Below are positions 14,701 through 29,493 of a stretch of 64,000 nucleotides of DNA, in pieces. The notes under the pieces are model-generated. The model ran no database searches. It was not told where the DNA came from and saw only the letters and a list, made by a program, of their open reading frames with translations. The stretch comes from the human T2T-CHM13v2.0 reference genome, Homo sapiens. Position 1 is the first letter of the stretch. Every line of letters starts with the position of its first letter. Both the position numbers and the translations under genes were made by a program. Location: the NCBI RefSeq assembly GCF_009914755.1, contig NC_060938.1. One strand, 5' to 3'.

Positions 14701-17051
14701 ACAAGATGATATTTGAAAATATCTCAAATATAACAATTAATATAGAAAATATTTTCCATTATATTATCACTCAGACATGGGAAAAATTAATGTTTCCTAG
14801 TAACAAAAACAATTTAAAATACTACAAATATGAATGAAAGTCTACAAACACCTTTCAGTTTATAATTCAGTTGTACACAAATGAACAGCATAACATAAAG
14901 CAAAAGTAAAATAACAGACATTATTTGTAATGATTAGTTCAAGAACCACTGAAAATCTGATTTATCTTTTAATTTAACTCCTCAGCATAATAGTTGTACT
15001 CTGAGTACTATATATTTATCATTTTTATCTAAGTGAATGATTACATTTATTTATGGCACATAGTAGCTTCCCAGTAAATATCTGTTGAAGAGATAAATGA
15101 ATTGGATGCTGTTTTCCAAATGACAACATGCTCAAACATGTTGACAATCTTCAGGCTTTTTAGAGCATATTTTATAAAGGACTAAGAATCATGGGATCCA
15201 CATATATTTGGTAAAGGAAAATCTTTGTTTTCATATTTCTGAACCTGTTTCCAATTTTTCCAAAAACATTGCCTAACCTGATATTAGACAGGTTAGGCAA
15301 TTCTTTTTGATAGTTAATTTCTAGAATAATAGATAACTAAATGTAAATAATTGTTTATATAATACATACATCAAAATATACAATTATTTGTTTATTAATG
15401 TATTTTCCACACTGGAGTATGAGATCCTTGAGGAGAAAATTAACATCACTTGCTGTTTGTCATTTTTGTTTCTTATTATTTAGTTTTTTATTTTTACATA
15501 TTCAAAGTATACATGTGCAGGTTTGTTACACGGATATACTGCATAGTGGTGAGGTCTCGGCTCTTAGTGTAACCATTACCTGAATAGTAAACATTGTACC
15601 CAAAGGGTAATTTTTCAACCCTCAGCCCCTCCCAGCATCCCCTCTTTTGGCATCCCCAGTGTCTATTACTCAACTTTATATTTCCATGTGTACACATTGT
15701 TTAGCTCCCACTTACGAGTGAGAAGAAGTAGCATTTTATTTTCTGTTTTTCAGTTATTTCACTCAGGATAGTGGCTTCCAGCTCCATACATGTTGATGCA
15801 AAAGACATGTTTTCATTCTTTTTACACATGTGTAGTATTCCATGACATATATATACCACATTTTCTTTATCCAATCATCTATTGATGGATACTACAGTTG
15901 TTTCCATGACTTTGCTATTGTGGATAGTGTTGTGATAATGATATGAGTTCAGGCATCTTTTGGACATAACAATTGCTTTTTTATTAGGTAGATACCCAGT
16001 AGCAGGAGTCCTGGGGTAGTTCCATTTTTAGATCTTTCAGAAATCTTCATACTGTATTCCATAAAGGTTGTAGTAATTTACAACCCCATCAAAAGTATAT
16101 AAGCATTCCCTTTTTTCTGCATCCTTGCCAGTATCTGCAGTTTTTGAATTTTTGATAATAGCCATTCTGACTGGTGTGAGGTGGTAACTCACTGTAGTTT
16201 TAATTTGCATTTCTGTGATGATTCGTGATGTTGAGCATTTTTTTTCATAGGCTTCTTGGCCATGTGTATTTCTTCTTTTGAGAAAAAGTCTGTTCATATC
16301 GTTTGTCCACATTTAATGGGATTTTTTTTATTTTCTTATTGAATTGTTTCTTGAGTTCTTTGTAGATTCTGGATATTAGTCCTTTGTCACTGCATGGTTC
16401 ACAAATAGTTTCTGCCATTCTGTAGGTGTCTGTTTTCTCTGTTGATTACATCTTTTGTTGTGCAGAAGATTTTTAGATAAATTAAGTCCCCTTTGCCTAC
16501 TTTTGCATATCCTTTTCAGATCTTACTCATAAGTTCCTTGCCCAGGTCAATGGCTAGAAGAGCTTTTCCTAGTTTTTTTCCTAGGATTATTAAACTTTCA
16601 GGTCTTGTATTTAAGTATTTAATCCAACAACAGTTAATTTGGGAGCATGATGAGAGATAGGACCCAGTTTCATTCTTCTGCGTATGGTAATCCAATTTCT
16701 TCAGCACCCAATAGGGCATCCTTTCCACATTGTATATGTTTATTGATTTTGTCAAAGATCAGTTGGTTATAAATAGGTGGCTTTCTCTCTGGGTTCTCTA
16801 TTTTATTCCATTGATCTGTGTGTCTATTTTTGTACCAGTTCTACACTGTTTTTGTTACTATAGATTTGTAGTATAAATTGAAGTCAGGAAATGTGATAAC
16901 TGCAGCTTTTTTTTCCCCCTGGTAGTGCTTTGCTATTCAGCCTCTCTCCCGGTTTCATATAAATTTTAGGGTTGTATTTTTTAATTCTGTGAAAAATCAC
17001 GTTAGTAATTTCATAGAAATTGCATTGAATCTAGATTGCTTTGTGAAGTAT

Positions 17052-17217
<166 letters not shown>

Positions 17218-17951
17218 TAATGATATTAATTCTTCTAATTCATGAGCATGAAATGTTTTTCCATTTGTTTGTGTCATCTACAATTCTATCACTAATGTCT
17301 TGTAGTTCTTCTTATAGAGATCTTTCACCTTTTTGGTTAGATACATTCTTAGATATTCATTATCCTTTGTAGCTATTATAAATAGGATTGAGTTATTGAT
17401 TTGGTTCTCATATTGAACATTATTGGTGTATAGAAATGCTACTTCTTTTTACACGTTGATTTTGTATCCTGAAACTTTACCAAAATCATTTATCAAATTT
17501 AAGTGTCTTTTGCGGGATTCTATAGAGTTTTCTCTACAGAGAAATGCATTTTATTTTTTTCCCTTGCTTGATTGCTTGGCAAAGGACTTCCAGTACTGTG
17601 TTGAATAGGAGTGGTGAAAGCGGACATCTTTGTCTTGTTTCAGTTCTTAGGAGGAATGATTTAAACCTTTCCCCATTCAGTGTGATGTGGGCTATGGGTT
17701 GTAGTATATGCCTTTTATTATTTTGAGGTATGTTTCTTCAATGCCTAGCCTGTTGAGGTTTTTTATCATGAAGGGATGTTCGATTTTATCAAAAGCTTTC
17801 TCTGCATCTATTGCAATGATCATAACGTTTTGTTTTTATTCTATTTATATGATGAAATACATTTATTGATTTCCGAATGTTGAACCTTCTTCACATCCCT
17901 GAAATAAGACTTACTGGATTGTAGTGTATTATCTTTTTGATGTGCTTATGG

Positions 17952-18697
17952 TGTCAATGAAGAGTCAAACTCTGCAAAATATTTGAAGAGATTTATTCTG
18001 AGCCAAATATGAGTGATCATGGCCTATGACACAGCCCTCCGGAGGTTCCAAGAATATGTGCCCAAGGTTGTCTAGGCACAGCTTGGTTTTATACATTTTA
18101 GAGAGGCATGAGACATCAATCAAATACATTTAAGAAATACATTGGTTTGGTCCAGAAAGGCAGGAAAACTCAAAGTGTGGGGGCTTCCAGGCTATAGGTG
18201 AATTTAAACATTTTCTGGTTGACAATTGGTTGAGTTTGTCTAAAGACCTGGGATTGATAGAAAGGGCATGTTCGGGTTAAGATAAAGATAGTGGAGATCA
18301 AAGTTCTTTTGAAGTCTTATAGTGGCTGCCTTTAGAGACAATAGCTGACAAATGTTTCCTATTGAGATCTTAGTTAATCTCTTTAGGATTGGGAGGGTCT
18401 GGAAGAAAAAGATCTAGCTGTGTTTACTAGAGATTCTTTACATATGCAAATATTCCCCCACAAAGAAGAGTTTTGCAGGACCATTTCAAAATATGGCAAA
18501 GAAACATGATTTGGGGTAAATATTTTATTTTCTTCCTTGTCTCATAATGTTATGCCAGAGTCAGGTTGGAAAGTAAGACACAATATATAGAGTCAAATAA
18601 AATTCATCTGATGAGAATTTATGATTTGTAGGGCATGACTCCCCAGGCCCCTTAGACAGGAATTTGGACGAGAAAAAAAATCAGAGTTTAGTCCTCA
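17952..18697 (-). mobile_element. MER4-family (ERV1) solo LTR
   Basis: TG...CA termini (antisense start TGAGGACTAAACTCTGA). 4-bp TSD ATGG at 17948-17951 and 18698-18701; host L1 is continuous across it. Confidence 0.88.
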
Positions 18698-21287
18698 ATG
18701 GTTTTGATTTGCTAGTATTTTGCTGATGATTTTCTCATCTGTATTCATTAGGGATATCGGCCTGTAGTTTTTAGTTGCTGTTGTGTCTTTGCCTGATTTT
18801 GAAATCAAGATGGTACAGGTTTTGTAGAATGAGTTATAGAGAAATTTTTCTCCCTCAATTTTTTGGAATGGTTTCACTAAGATTCTTACCAATTTTTCTT
18901 TGTATGTCTAGTAAAATTTGGCTGTGAATCCATTTGGACCTGGGCTTTTTATTGTTTTTGTGGGAGACTTTTTTATCACTGACTTAATTTCATTACTCAT
19001 TATTGGTCTGTTCAGGATTCTGTTTCTCCCTTGTTCAATCTCAGGAGGCTGCATGTTTGCAGCAATTTGTGCACTTCCTCTAGGTTTTCTAGTTGTGCAC
19101 CTAAAGATGCTCATGAGAGTTTCTGATGATCTTTCATATTTCTGTGGTATCAGTTATAATGTCACATTTATCATTTCTGATTGTATGTATTTGAATCTTC
19201 TTTCTCTTTTTCTTGGTTAAACTAGCTAGAGGTCAAACTATTTTATCTTTTCAAATAACAAACTATTCATATCATTGATCCTTTATATTGGTTTTTATTT
19301 TGTGGTCTCAATCTCATTTAGTTCTGCTCTAATCTTTATTATTTATTTTCTTCTGCTAGATTTGGGGTTGGTTTGGCTTTGTTTTTCTAGTTCTTTGATG
19401 TGATACGTTAGGTTGTTAATTTGAGATCTTCCTATCCCTTTGATGTATTTAGTGCTATGAAGTTTCCTCTTATATTTTGCTATCTCTCAGAGATGTGGGT
19501 ATACTGTGTCTCTATTTTCATTTGTTTCATTTTTTTTAATTCTGCCTTAATTTCATTATTTAACCAAAGATGATTCAAGAACAAGGTGTTTAATTTCCAT
19601 GTATTTGTATAGTTGTGAGACTTCTTCTTGGTTTTGACTTCTACTTTTATTCCACGCTGTCCTAGAAGATACTTGATATTATCTTGATTTTTTGAACTTA
19701 TTGAGATCTGTTTTATGGCCAGAAATATGGTCCATTTTCAAGAATGTTATGTGTGCAGATGAGAAAAACATATATTCTACTGTTGGGTAGAATGTTCTGT
19801 AGAGTCTGTTAGGTCCATTTGGCCTCAAGTCCAGTTTAAGTCCAGTATTTCTTTGTTGATTTTATGCCTCAATGATCTGTCTAGTGCTGTCAAGGAGGTA
19901 CTAAAGCCCCCCACTATTATTGTACTGCTGTTTATCTCTTTTCTTAGGTCTGGAAGTGTTTGTTTTATGGATCTGGGTGTTCTGATGTTGGGTGCATATA
20001 TATTTATGATACTTATATCTTCTTGTTGAATTGGATCCTTTATGACCTTCTTTTTCCCTTTTTTGTTTTTTATTTAAAGTTTGTTTTGTTTTATATAAGT
20101 ATAGCTACTTCTGCTCATTTTTGTTTTCCATTTGCATGGTATATCTTTTTTCACCCCTTTGAATGTATGGATGTCCTTATCCATTAGGTGAGTGTCTTGT
20201 AGAGAGCCAATGTTGGATCTTGTTTTTTTAATCCAATGCCAGCCTATCTCTTTTAAATGAAGCCTTTAGGCTATTTACTTTCAAGATTAATACTGATATG
20301 TGAGATTGTGTGCCTGTCATAGTATTGTTACTTATTTGTAGCCTCAGTTGTGTAACTGCATTGTAGGATACAATTGTACTTTTGTGTGCTTTTATAATGG
20401 TGACTACTGTCCTTTTGTTTCCATATTTAGAATTCCTATGAGTATATCTTGTAGGGCTGGTCTAGTGGTGATGAATTTCCTTAGCATTTGCTTCTCTGGG
20501 AAAGGCTGTATTTCTCCTTGACTTACGAAACTTAGTGTGGCAGAAAGTAGAATTATTGGATGTTTTTTGTTTTTTGGTTTTTTTTTGGTTGTTTGTTTGT
20601 TTTCCTTAAGAAGGCTGAAGACACACCTCCATTCTCTTCTGGCTTGTAAGGTTTCTGCTCGAGGATCCTTTGTCAATCTGATGGAGTTTCCTTTATAAGT
20701 AATTAGATGCTTCTCTCTTGCTGCTTTTAGGATTTTTTTTTTTCATGTTGACTTTGGATAGTTTGATGACTATTCCTTGATGAAATTCATCTTGCAGTCT
20801 CTCCCAGGTGTCTCTGAACTTCTTATATTCGATGTTTTATTCTCTAGCTAGACTAGAAAAGTTTTCTTAAATTATTCACTAAAATGTGTTTCCCAAGCTT
20901 TTTACATTTTCTTCTCCCTCAGGAATGCCTGTTATTCATGGGTTTGGTCACTTTACATAATCTTATATTACTTGAAGGCTTTCTTCATTTTCTAAAATTA
21001 TTTTTTCTTTATTTTTGTCTATGCTAATTCAAAATATCAGTCTTAAAGCTCTGAAATTTTTTCTTCTGCTTGATTTTGTCTTTTTAAAATATTTTAACTA
21101 TGTTTTATAACTTTCAATGAATTTTTATTTCCAAATGTTTTAATTGATTTTTTAAAAAATCTATGCTTTTATTAAAGTTTTAATTCATATTCTGAATTTT
21201 TTATCTGATTTCTGTGGGGTTTTTTTTCTATTTTCTCTTGGATCTCATGGAGTTCCTTATAATCTATATTTGGAATTATTTACCTAT

Positions 21288-21635
21288 TGATATTGTTTGG
21301 CTGTGTTTCCCCACCCAAATCTCACCTTGAATTATAATAATCCCCATGTGACAAGGACAGAGCCAGGTGGAGATAATTGAATTATGGGGGCGTTTTCCCC
21401 CATACTGTTCTCATTGTAGTAAATATGTCTCTTGAGAGCTGATGGTTTTATAAATGGAAGTTTTCCTGCACAGGCTCTTTTTGCCTGTCACCATGTAAGA
21501 CATCCCTTTGCCTTCTGCCATAATTGTGAGGCCTCCCCAGCCATGTGGAACTGTGAGTCCATTAAACCTCTTTACTTTAAAAATTACCCAGTCTCAGGTA
21601 TGTCTTTATTAGCAGCATGAGAATGAGCTAATATA
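21288..21635 (+). mobile_element. THE1 (THE1C-like) MaLR solo LTR
   Basis: tgatattgtttggctgtg...ccacccaaatctcaccttgaatt...attaaacctcttt...ctaatata. 5-bp TSD cctat/tctat. Confidence 0.92.
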
Positions 21636-21726
21636 TCTATCATTTCAGAATTTTTATTTTGTTTAAGATCCATTGCTGGAGAGTTATTATGATTCTTTGG
21701 GAGTATTGAAATACTGCTTATTTGGG

Positions 21727-21728
21727 GT

Positions 21729-21765
<37 letters not shown>
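21727..21765. repeat. (TG)n microsatellite
   Basis: TG run with one interruption. Confidence 0.93.
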
Positions 21766-21767
<2 letters not shown>

Positions 21768-23784
21768 AACTCTTCCTCATCTGGAGAAGCTATCACCTAT
21801 ATTTCATTTTACTTTCATTTGGCTAGGACTTTCCCTCACCACATGAAAGTATCACTGTAATGTATGTTATATTAATACATGATCATTTGGCTTCAATTCT
21901 GGATGCTTTCAGAGGACCACACTTCTGTTTGTTCCTTTGTTATAAATAGCTTTTGTACAGTGGCTTCCTCAAATGTTGGTTATACATTTACTCATTTTCT
22001 GATGTTCTTCTTTTGTTTACATAGATCTAAGTTTCTGACCTATATCATGTTCTCTCAAATGAAATTATTTTAACATTTCTTGCAAGGCAGGTCTACTGGC
22101 AATAAACTCTCATTTTTTTTGTTTTTCTGAGAAAGTATTTTATCTTCACTCTTGAAGAACAATTTTTGCAGGGCACAGAATTTAGATTGAAGAGTTATTT
22201 TTTTCTCAACACTTTATATATTTCCATCTAAAGTAGTCTCTTGTTGCTTGCATAGTTCTGAGGTAAACCCAGACATAAATCTAACTTTGCTCCTCTAGGG
22301 ATAGAATTTTATTTCCCTCTGGCCTCTTTCAAGACATTTTTATGACACTGAAATTTCAATGTAATATGCCTTGAGGTCATTTTTGTTGTTTTTTTTAAAA
22401 AAGGTGGGTTTTTTTTTTCTTTTGGCATTTATCCCACTTGTTCTCTGAGTTTCTGGGATCTGTGGTTTGATGTCTAATGTTAGTTTGGGGAAATTTCAGT
22501 CACTAGCCTTTCAAATATTGCTTCACTTTTTCTTTCTTTCTTTCTTTCATTTTTCTTATCTTCCTGTGGCTCTTATTAAACACATGTTTATACATATGTT
22601 ATACCTTTTGTAGTTACCTCACAGTTCTTTAGTGTTCTTTTCTATTTTCCTCAATCTTTTTTTTTACTTTATTTTTAGTTTTGGAGGTTACTTTTGATAC
22701 ATCCTCCAGCTCAGATATTTTTCCTCAGCTGCGTCCAGGCTACTAATAATCCCCTCAGAGATATTTATTATTTGTATTCCAGTATCTCTCTGTTTACATT
22801 GCTCATCTGTTTTTTCATACTGTATATTTTATTCATTATAAAAAAAAGATGTGATGTAGTTAAACCTTTAGTAATGTAGTGGTAATATTTGGGGATAGGG
22901 GAAGCATTCTGCAGTCTTATGATTAGGTCTCAGTCGATTAGTATGCTTGTGCTTCTGAACTATGAACTTCATGTGTGATTCTCATGTCTTTTTCCCTCTC
23001 CATTGGGTAGGATAGGATACCTAGAGTGGGCTCGAGTTGAGTATTTTCCTCCTCCTAAGTGGGAGTCTAGAGCCAGTTAGAGATGGGTGCTTTGGTTCCT
23101 TGGGACCAGTTAGGCTCTAATAAAACCCAATCAGGTTGATACCTGGTTAAATAACTTCTCCTGAGAGAAGAACATAAGAAGAACAGAATGGTCTAATGTA
23201 TTTCAAAATAATTTCTCTTCTTGTTGGCCTGCTCTAAGAAATATTGTACTGTTTCTGTTGTTCACTGTGAGAACCTGGTAGCACTCCTGAAGGTAAAACT
23301 CGCAAAAGTACAAAGGTCCCATCTCCACCTTCAATCTTCCTGGAGTTCTCATTTCTCAGATTTATTCATGCTGGACCTGCAGCAATTCATCAATTAAAGT
23401 TCAGGTTTTCCTGTTCTGGCACTGCTTCTTGCAGGGATTTCAGCTTCTGGGTTTCTGCTCCATTAAGCTGTGATTCTCTGTATTCATCTATCACTCTCTC
23501 CAATTTTGGGGACAATGGTTTGCCCTGGAACCAAATTTCTCTTATGGATTTAAGAAGAGTTGTTGATTTTTTTCAATTATTTTATCTTTATTTTTTGCTT
23601 TTTCCTTCTTTTAAGAATGGAGGGGCAACTTTCAAGCTTCTTACATATTACATAGGAAACCAGAAGTCTTGAATGCCTTTTATTTCTTTTTCTTACATAA
23701 TTTTACCGACTAGAACTTCCAGTGCAATCTTGAGGAGAAAAGCAAGAGCAGACATTCTTATTGTAATGTTGTGATACTAAAGGG

Positions 23785-24173
23785 CATATTAGTCTTCTCT
23801 AATTGCCATAACAAAATACTACAGACTGGGTGGCTTACCCAACAGACATTTATTGTCTCCCAGTTCTTGACACTAGAAGTCTGCAATCAATATACTGGCA
23901 AATTTGGTTTCTGGTGAGGACCCTTTCCCTGGCTTGTAAATGAGTACCTTCATCCTAAGTTCTCACTCTCTGCTGACATGAAGAAAAAGAGATCTCTGAT
24001 GTCTTTTTCCTTGTTTTATAAGGATGCTAGTCCTCTTGGATGGATGAGAACCTCACCGCTGACCTCGTTTAACATTGATTACATCCCTAAAGACCCTATC
24101 TTCAAATAAAGTCACATTGAGGGTTAGAGCTTCAACATATACATTTTAGGGGAAAACAATTAAGTCCATAACA
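23785..24173 (-). mobile_element. MLT1A-type MaLR solo LTR
   Basis: tattagtc...gccataacaaaatactacagactgggtggctta...gggttagagcttcaacatat...gtccataaca. Confidence 0.85.
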
Positions 24174-24865
24174 GAGAGAAAGCTTTCATTTTCAGGTTTG
24201 TACATACTCTTTATCACATTGAGGAAATTCCTTTCCATTCCTAGTTTTTAAAGGGTTTTTATTGTGGAAACACTGAACTTTCTCAAATGCTTTTTTTTTT
24301 TTTTTTTTTTTTAATATCCTACTTGGACATGATGTATATTCTTCTTAAAATGCTGTTGGATTTGGTTTGCTAATATCTTATAAGCAAGAAAATAGATGTA
24401 TTTGTCTTCTTATAAGACAACAAGGGAGATTTTGTCTTATAAGGACAATGATAATCAGGGAGATTTTCATGTTTATTTATAGGGCATATTGGTCATTAGC
24501 TTTATTTTCTTATAATGTCTTGGTTTGGCTTTGGTAATTTTGACCTCAAAGAAATGAATTAGAAGATGTTCTCTCTTCTTCTATTTTTTGGACAAGTTTG
24601 AAAAGGATTGGTTTAAATCTTCTTTAAAATTTGGCAGAATTCCTATGTGAAACCATCTGGTTCTGATCCTTGGTCCTAGTTGTTGGCTTTTGTTTTTCTT
24701 TTTGTTGTTAATTACTAATGTAAGCTTTTTACTTATTCATACTTTCTATTTCTCCTTGAGTCAGATTTGGTTTCTAGGAATTTTTCCATTTCATATAGGT
24801 TATCTAATCTTTTGTTATAAAATTGTTCATATTATTATTTTATAACCTTTTTTTTGGGAAAAAGA

Positions 24866-24940
24866 GAAATGGGGTCTCACTATATTGTCCAGACTGGTCT
24901 CAAACTCCTGGCTTCAAGTGATCCTCCTGTCTCAGCCTCT
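24866..24940 (-). mobile_element. Alu left-monomer (FLAM/AluJ) fragment
   Basis: atggggtctcactatattgtccagactggtctcaaactcctggcttcaagtgatcctcctgtctcagcctc. Confidence 0.75.
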
Positions 24941-27900
24941 GTTTTACAATCCATTTTCTTGCTGTTAGGCTAGTAGTAGTGTTCCTGCTTTCAGTACTGA
25001 TTTTAGTAAATTTAGTTGTCTCTCTTTTTCTCTTGGTCAGTCTTGCCTAAGTTCCTCAATTTTATTGATTTTTATTAAAAGAACAAAATTTGTATCTCAT
25101 TGATCTTCTCTACTGATTTCCTACTTTCTATCAACTTGTGCATTTTAATCTTTATTATTTTTATTATTTTATTATTTATTATTTTCTTCCTTTTTCTAGA
25201 TTTTAGTTTACTTTTTTCCTTTTTCTATTTTTTTGAGGTGGATAGTTAGGTCACTGTTTTGAGATCTTTCTTCTGAATGCCTTCTAAAGGTAAATGTTTG
25301 GATTATAATACTTAAGGTAAGTGTTTCTCCTTGAGCGACTACTATTGCTGCATCCCGTATGTTTTCATATGTTGTATTTTGATTTTTATTTGCCTCAAAG
25401 TTTTTTCTAATTTACCTTATAATTTCTTCTTTGATTATTGGCTATTTAAGAATGTAATATTTAATTTCAACATATTTGTAAATTTTTCTAATTTTCTTCT
25501 GTTATTTCTAATTTAATTCTACATTATCCAGAGAAATTGTACTGAATAATTTAAATCTGTTTGAGCTTTTTGAGACTTGTCTTGTGGCCAAAGAAATGGT
25601 CTATCCTAGAGAATGTTTCATGCACAGTTGAAAACAATGTATATTTTGTTATTCCTGTGTGTAGTATTCAGTAGTTGCCTATTTGGTATAGTTAGGTTTT
25701 AATGTTGCTGAAGTCTTCTATTTTCTTGCTTATAATATGTTCAGTTCTGTTATCCATTATTGAAGCACTGCTAGTATTTACTTAATAAATTTTGAGTCTA
25801 TCTTATTAGATGCATATATGTTCATAAATGGTATATGTTTTTTATGGTTGGCTCTTTAATCATTATATAATATCCTCTGTCTGTATAAAATCTTAAAGTC
25901 TATTTTGTTTGATAATAATATTGCCACACCAACTCTCTTTTGGTTGATCTTTTCAGGAAATATTGTTCTATCTTTTTACTGTCTATCAATTTGTGTTTCA
26001 ATGCAAAGAATGTCTCCTGTAGACAGCATATAGTTTGGTTCATGTCTTCTTATCTGTCCTGCCAAACTCTGCCTTTAATTGAATAATCTATTTACATCTA
26101 ATATAATTACTGATAAGGATAAAATTAATTCCAAACTTAATTTGGATAGTATGGAAACCTTTTATTTGTATAGCTACAACTGCATTTTTTGTTGTCATTG
26201 TCACAAATTAAATCTTTATACAGCATCCATCAACAGAGATGTATAATTATTGTTTTATGCAGTAGCCATATAAGTCAGATTGGAAACAAAAAGAATTACA
26301 AATAAGAAATTCATTAATAGTGACTTTTAGATTCACCTATGGTGTTACCTTAACCAGTGCTCTTTATTTCTTCATGCTTTGCATTATTTCTTTCTACAGC
26401 TGAATAATAATCCATTGTTTGTATATATCACATTATATATATCAATTTTTCTGTTTATAGACACGAGTTTTTTCTACATTCTGCCTCTTGTATATAGTGT
26501 TACAATAAACATTGGTGTACAAGTGTCTGTTTGAATCTCTTTCCTCAGTTCTTTTTGGAATATACTTAGGAGTAAAATTACTGTATCAAATGGTACCTCG
26601 GTCTCTAGTTTTTTGAAAACCACCAAACTGTTTTCATGGTGGCTGCACCATTTTCCATTCCCACCAACAATGTAGGACAATTCCAAATTTTCTACATCCT
26701 TAACAACATTTGTAATTTTTATGTTATTCTTTTAAATTATAGACAACCTAGTAGAAGTTAAGTAGACCTTATTGTACTACTGCACTATACTACTAGTGTA
26801 TTGCCATTTCCCTAATAACTAATGATATTGAGCATCTTTTCATGTGTTTATTGGCCATTCGAATAGCTTCACTGGAGAAATGTCTATTCAAGTACTTTTC
26901 CCATGGTTTGAATTTGATTACTTTCTAATTGAGAAGTAAGAGTTACTTACATAGTAAGCCCTTTTTTGATATATGATTCACAAGTATTTCCTTGGATTAT
27001 ATAGGTAATATTTTTATTTATTGATAAAGTTATTTTATGCACAATAATTTTTCATTGATATTGAGTCTAATTTATCTAATTTATCTATTTGTTGTTGTTG
27101 TTGCTGCTGAGCATTATTCTGGTGTCTAGAATTTCCACTGACAAATTCAAAGTCATTCAGATTTATCCCTTTTATATATAGGTCATTAAGCCATTTTGAG
27201 ATAATTTTTAACATATGGTTTGAAGTAAGATTCCAACTTCATCTCTTGCATGTAAAATCCAACCATCCCAGCACCATTTATTGAAAGGACTGTTCTTACC
27301 CCATTGAATGAACTTAGCAGCATTGTCAAAAATCAATTAACAATAGATAATATGAGTTTATTTCTGGACTCTCTTTTGAAATTTTTATTTCTTTATTGAT
27401 ATTGTCTATTTGATAAGATTATTTTTATGGCTTCATTTAGTTGTTCAAATATGGTTTCCTTTAGCTTTTTAAAACATATTTAATATACTTGATTTAAAAT
27501 CTTTGCCTAAAAAGTCCAATACTTGGGCTTCCTAACAGAAAGGTTCTATTAATTGCTTTTCTTCCTTGTGTACTGCCCATAATTTCTTCTTCCTTTGCAT
27601 GTTTTCTTTGTTGTTGTTGTTTTTGTTGTTGAAAACTGAACATTTGGGATATAATAATGTGGACACTCCCAAATTAAGATTCCCTTCTGTCCCAAGGTTT
27701 CTTCCAACAATTGTTTTATTTTTTGCTACTTGTTTATTCAGAGACATTTCATGAACAAATGTTATGAAGGCTGTATTCTTTATTTTATGTATTCACTGAA
27801 CTATCTGTTATTTTAACTTAATGATCAGCTTGTTATTGGACAGAAATTTTCCTGAATGCCTGAAGTCAAAACAAACAAAAAACCAAATTCACACTCTCTG

Positions 27901-29269
27901 TAAACTACTTCTCTGTATGTATTGAGACACACAATGAACACTTAGCCAGGTAGTTCACAACTCTGTTTTAGCCTTTACTTTCTGCTTGTGTGAAACCTTA
28001 AGGTCAACCAGAGTTGAGATCAAGACCTTCTAAGATCCTTCTGAAGCATGTGCACAGACTTGGGCATATTTTTGGCCTTCTCAATTCCCAGAAATGTCTT
28101 AGATCTTTTCAAAATCCTTATTCCCCAAAGCATCCCATTTACCAGTCTTTCTCCTAAGCTTTTGGTTAATCTATGTTTGCTTCAACTGTTATCCATTGAC
28201 CCCGGCAACAATGAATATATGTTTACCTATAAATGCTTCTTCCAAACACTCCTTGGTAGCTGACTCAGCATCAAGAGAGTTCCAAGTAAGGAAAAATAAA
28301 TGTAAACTCTTAAACTGATCCTACAGGGACCAGGTAGATAAAAAAAAAAAAAAGTGTCAAAATTCCTTACAAATTAAATCTGGCATGTTTTTCCCAGTAC
28401 TTTTATCAAGAATCTGGGTTGTTAGGGGACAATCTTCAGGGCCACTGCTGAGTGGGGAAGAGGTGCACGGGACTAGGGTTACTTAGAACACCACAGATCT
28501 CACTGTTCTTTCTGATATACAGCTGTTTTTGGTTTTGGTTTTGTTTTATTAAGTATTCCATGATTGCTTCAGGCTTTGGTCCTTTTCCAGAGCTCCAAAA
28601 AAGTTGATTCTGGCAACTTTCTGCTTGCTTTTATGGAGTAACAGACTTTTGAATTTGCTTACTCCACCACGTTTGCTGATGTCACTCTGAACAGTCAACT
28701 ATTTTTTAAAGAGCTTTAAAATAAGAAAGATGTCTTGTAATTATTCATGTGATTAGCATTTTTGGGGTTCTTTATTCTTTGTGTACATCTGTAGTTTCAT
28801 TAGAATCATTTTTCTTTTAGCTTTATAAACGCCTTAATATGTCTTATAGTGTAATCTTTGCTCAATAAATTCGTGAATCTTTTGTCTAACAAAGTTATTA
28901 TTTGCCTTCAATTTTGAAATGTTTTTAGCTGAGTAAAAAACTCTAAGTTGGCAATGTCCTTTCTTATTATTTTAAAGATGTTGCTTGACTATACCATTAT
29001 TTTCAATGAAACATCTGCTGACTTGCCTGTTCCTTTTTATTAACATGCATTTTTTCTCTGTATATTTTTAAGAATTTTTTATCCATTTTATGGGTATATT
29101 AGTTATGACTTGATTTAGTTTACATCATTTTTCTTGTAATCAGGGTTCATTATTATTCTTAGAACTAAAGGTATAATTTTTGTCAAATTTGACATTTTTT
29201 CAGCTTTTTTTTCAAATATTTTTCTATCACCCCAGCTTTTTTCTCTTCATTTAGTACTCCAAATTCATG

Positions 29270-29493
29270 TAGACAGTTCCCAACTTATTATAGTTCTATT
29301 TAAGATTTTTCAACTTTAAGATGGGTTTATTCGGATGTAACCTCTTCATAAGTTCAGGCACTTCTGTGTTTATTACGATGGTTAGACTTAAAATTTCTTG
29401 ACTTTAAGATGGATTATCAGGGTATTAAATGCATTTTCCAGTTGCAATGAGTTTATCAGGACATAGCCCCATCATAAGTCAAGGACCTTTGTA
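29270..29493. mobile_element. MER47-type (Tigger-derived) DNA transposon, two tandem units
   Basis: Two diverged units of ...acttacgatggtt...actttacgatgggtttat...cccatcataagtc (29270-29366 and 29373-29493). Confidence 0.65.
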
